Shown in pieces: positions 60,745 to 64,000 of a stretch of DNA of 64,000 nucleotides. Origin of the DNA: an uncultured Gemmatimonadales bacterium (lineage in GTDB: Bacteria > Gemmatimonadota > Gemmatimonadetes > Gemmatimonadales > GWC2-71-9); assembly GCA_963828735.1 (NCBI GenBank), contig CAWHFW010000005.1, forward strand, positions 960,001-1,024,000, written 5' to 3'. The translations under genes and the position numbers were made by a program. Every line of letters starts with the position of its first letter. The stretch's first letter is position 1. Below the pieces are notes generated by a model. The model was not told the origin of the DNA. It did not search any database and worked only from the letters and a program-made list of their open reading frames with translations.

Positions 60745-63004
60745 ATGCCACCGACCGGAAACGTCGTGCGTCGTGCGTTCGTCGCCAGCTCGACCGTCGT
60801 GGTCCTGTGCCTCGCAGGGCCCGGCCGCGTGTCAGGCCAGCAGAGCGTTGGAGGAGCGCGGGCGGACTCGCTGCAAATCCAGGCGATTCGGGTTGTGGAT
60901 CCGGTGCAGCTCGATGGCCATCTGAGCGAGCCCTTCTGGGTGATGGCGGACTCCATCACGGAGTTCCGCCAGCAGGAGCCGGACGAGGGGGTGCTGTCCA
61001 CCGAGCGAACGGTGGTGAAACTCGTACGAGACCGAGACGCACTCTACGTGGGCGTCCGCGCCTATGACTCCGACGTCCGCGGGCTACGGGCGACGCAGCT
61101 CCGCCGGGATGCCGATCTCGAGGTGGACGATTACGTCATGCTGCTTATCGACAGCTTTCACGATCGGCGCAGCGGCTTCGTCTTCCGCACCAACCCGAAC
61201 GGCGCCATGTGGGATGCCCAGTTCAACGGGCTCGATGACGCCAACGAGAACTGGAATGGCATCTGGGACGTCGCCGTCACGCGGGATTCGACCGGATGGA
61301 CCGCAGAGTTCCGCATTCCCTTCCGGACACTGCGATTCCGGGCGGTAAGGGGGGAACTCCTTCGGATTCAACGCACAGCGTTTCATCCGCCGAAAGAACG
61401 AGGTGGCTCTCTGGCGAGGTTGGCGCAGGACCGAGGGCATCTACCGCCTCATCTACGAAGGAGAGGTGACCGGATTTGAGGATCTCCGCCGTGGCAGGGA
61501 TCTCGAGGTCAAGCCCTACGTACTCGGCCGCGCCACGGCCGCTGATCACGACGCGCTCGGGAACGCCCTGCAGAGCGGCGGAGCGGACGGTAAGGCGGGG
61601 GTCGATGCCAAACTTGCCGTCTCGCCCACCGTGACGGCAGATCTCACCGTCAACACCGACTTCGCCCAGGTCGAAGTGGACGAGCAGGTCATCAACCTCA
61701 CTCGATTCCCTACTTTCTTCCCCGAAAAGCGCGATTTCTTCCTCGAGTCCAGCAGTGTCTTCGACTTCGCGACACCCACCCGGGTGCAGCCCTTCTATTC
61801 CCGGCGGATCGGCCTCGGCGACAGTGGGCAGGTCGTGTCCATTCTCGCCGGCGGACGGGTGTACGGGAAGGTTGGTCCGTGGACCCTCGGGCTGCTCGAT
61901 GCTCAGACTGGAGAAGGCGACAGGGCGAACGACCTGGTGGTGAGAGTGAAGCACGATGTGCTGGACCGCTCGTACATCGGTGGGATTGCGACGCAGCGGA
62001 TCACCGCCGGCGGTGACGGTGCGGAACGAGTGGCGGGGCTGGACGTGGACCTGCCGCTGGTAGTCGGCGGACTCAATCTCGAGCCGTCGTTCTGGATCAT
62101 GGGGAGCCAAACACCGGGCACCAAGGGATTCCCAATGGCCTGGCGCTATGGAACGGACTTTCCGAACGACCTCATCGACGCGTTCATCTCGCTGTATCGC
62201 ATCGACGCCGGCTTCAACCCGACACTCGGGTTTGTCCAGCGGACCGGCATCTGGGAGACGACCTCGCATCTCGATATCATGCCCCGCCCTCATCTGCTCG
62301 GCATTCGGCAGCTCGATCTTCTGTTCCCGATCCCCAGCTGGGATATCATCGCGAATGAAGCAGGGTCCATCTTCCGGAGCAGTGACTGGCAGACCGCCAC
62401 ATTTGAATGGCGTCCCCTGGGCGGCGACTTCCAGTCAGGGGCACACTTCGAGATCAACATCCAACGGTTCCTCGATGCACCGGCCGACACCTTCGAGGTC
62501 TTCTCCGGGGCCACGGTCCCGCCCGGTCGGTATTGGTGGACCCGGGGAGAGCTGCAGTACCAGACCTCCCCGAGCCATCCGTTCAGCGTTGGGGCCCTCG
62601 TCAGTTGGGGCGGCTTCTACGATGGCACTGACACTGAGGTCGATGTGCAGGCCGATTGGCGCGGTGGTGGTCACGTCATCCTGGGGACAACACTGTCGCA
62701 GAGCCGAGTGACGTTGCCTTCTGGGCGGTTTACGGCCACGCTGGTGACCGGCCGCACAGAGTACGCCTTCAACACCCGTACGACCTTCCTGGCCTTCGTT
62801 CAATACAACAACGAGGACCAGCGCGTGGATTTCAATCTCCGGTTTCATTGGATACCCAAGATCGGCGATGATCTCTTTGTTGTCTGGAATTCGGGCTACA
62901 CCACCGATCCGGCCGCCCCTCACCGATTCCCCAGCGTTCATACCCTGGGGCGACCACTCAACGGGGCCATCGTGGTGAAGGCCGCTCATCGGTTCGCTCT
63001 GTGA
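60745..63004 (+). CDS. CBM9-like plus DUF5916 outer-membrane protein, frameshift in a G6 run at 61349-61354
   Basis: LDG.L.E..W, GWTAEFRIPF, NTDFAQVE.D, FPEKRDFFLE, FYSRRIG. Confidence 0.8.
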
Positions 63005-63088
63005 CGAAAGGTTGGCAGGGATGAAAATGCTCACGACTCTCGTCTTCGGCGCTCTCGGAGTAGCCGGAATGGCGGGCCGCAAGTCCCG

Positions 63089-63688
63089 GTGAGGCGACGG
63101 CTCAGCCTATGGCGTGCCCTGGCTGGGCTCGAGGCCCGGAGACACGTTGACCCCGTCCGGCTTGTCCTCAGCCAGTGGGGGACCTACTGGATGCTGGACG
63201 ATTCGCTCAAGGCTGTGGCCCGCACTCTTTCAGCGCGCGCGTATGCAGAGGACCAGGCTCAAGCGTGGTCGCTCTACGCTTACACGCATTGGCTCCTGCA
63301 GGATGATTCCGTGGCTCACGCAGCGGCGGATACCGCCCGAGTTCTGCTACAACAACATCTCGCACGGCGGCCGAATGATATGTTCAATGGGGTGATGCTG
63401 GCCCATGCTCTCGCGATCCTCGGGCACCGAGCGGAGGCACTCAGGGAGCTTTCCGTCTTCCGCGACGTGACCAAGCCGGTTCCGGGAACTGCAAGCTGGG
63501 CCGATTGGCTGAACGAGCTAGCTACGGTGGAACAGCTTTCGGGAAATGCTGCCGGCGCGATCGCGTATCTCGATTCGGTTGTTCATCTGCCGGGGTCCGT
63601 CACTCGTGCTTCGCTCCGGATTGATCCGGAGATGGACTGCCTCCGAGATCGGCCCGACTTTCAGCGGCTGGTCTCAAGCAATCACTGA
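63089..63688 (+). pseudogene. TPR-like C-terminal fragment of a larger protein
   Basis: LRIDP..D.LR..P.FQ.L terminal motif; no convincing start. Confidence 0.5.
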
Positions 63689-63784
63689 GACTCACGACTG
63701 CTGACGGCGGGATCCTAAGGTCGAGCCCCGCAGCCGGAGTGACTGCTCGGGGTGCCTTGCGCAGCGACGGAATGGAACGCAGTT

Positions 63785-64000
63785 ATGAGGATCGCCAGCA
63801 GGAGAAAGGGCATCGTGGTACGCATACTGATGGGACACTCCCTCGCGTGGGCCTTGCTGTTTGCCGGGCCGATTCCGGCCCGAGCTCAGGATTCCACCAA
63901 TCATGCTCCCGACCATGCCGTGCATCAGGTTTTCAATCTACCGCGCTTCACCTTCGAGAGCGGAGCCACCGTCCCTAACGTGCGGGTCACCTATGGGACG
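63785..64000 (+). CDS. Alpha/beta hydrolase of the homoserine acetyltransferase-like family, cut by the window edge
   Basis: Signal-like N-terminus then FTFESGATVPNVRVTYGT. Confidence 0.7.
   Translation, partial: MRIASRRKGIVVRILMGHSLAWALLFAGPIPARAQDSTNHAPDHAVHQVFNLPRFTFESGATVPNVRVTYGT

Noticed and set aside
61349..61354. Phase-variable poly-G tract
   Set aside because: Only 6 G, and the same +1 pattern occurs at five other sites, which favours sequencing error.

Overview
GC-rich bacterial DNA; gene content (ADOP orphan permease, membrane and TPR Hanks kinases, Ig-like lipoproteins, split F0/F1 operon) suggests Gemmatimonadota, which is an inference. About 1-40.8 kb is mostly housekeeping or lineage-typical: GT4, several Zn peptidases, isocitrate dehydrogenase-family enzyme, cstA-ybdD, two ATP-grasp enzymes, atpZ/I-B-E-F-H, MoxR and two cation/H+ antiporters. 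About 40.9-54.6 kb and the last 4 kb are a mosaic accessory region with gene fragments and integron-like relics. No rRNA, tRNA, CRISPR array or intact integrase/transposase was seen. Main observations: (1) a CPA1 antiporter fused to a rhodanese domain whose frame runs through an in-frame TGA at a Cys-equivalent position (YCM-U), with a SECIS-like hairpin directly downstream, i.e. a candidate selenoprotein antiporter; (2) a 41-aa ORF missing from the ORF track, translationally coupled to a PGM1-like ATP-grasp ligase behind a sigma54-type promoter; (3) two attI-like sites, broken attC halves and a recognisable gene cassette without intI; (4) a 13-bp direct repeat suggesting insertion into a bidirectional leaderless promoter; (5) three paralogous small lipoproteins. 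Six single-base frameshifts of the same sign suggest sequencing error. All family assignments come from motif recognition by eye; no database search was run.
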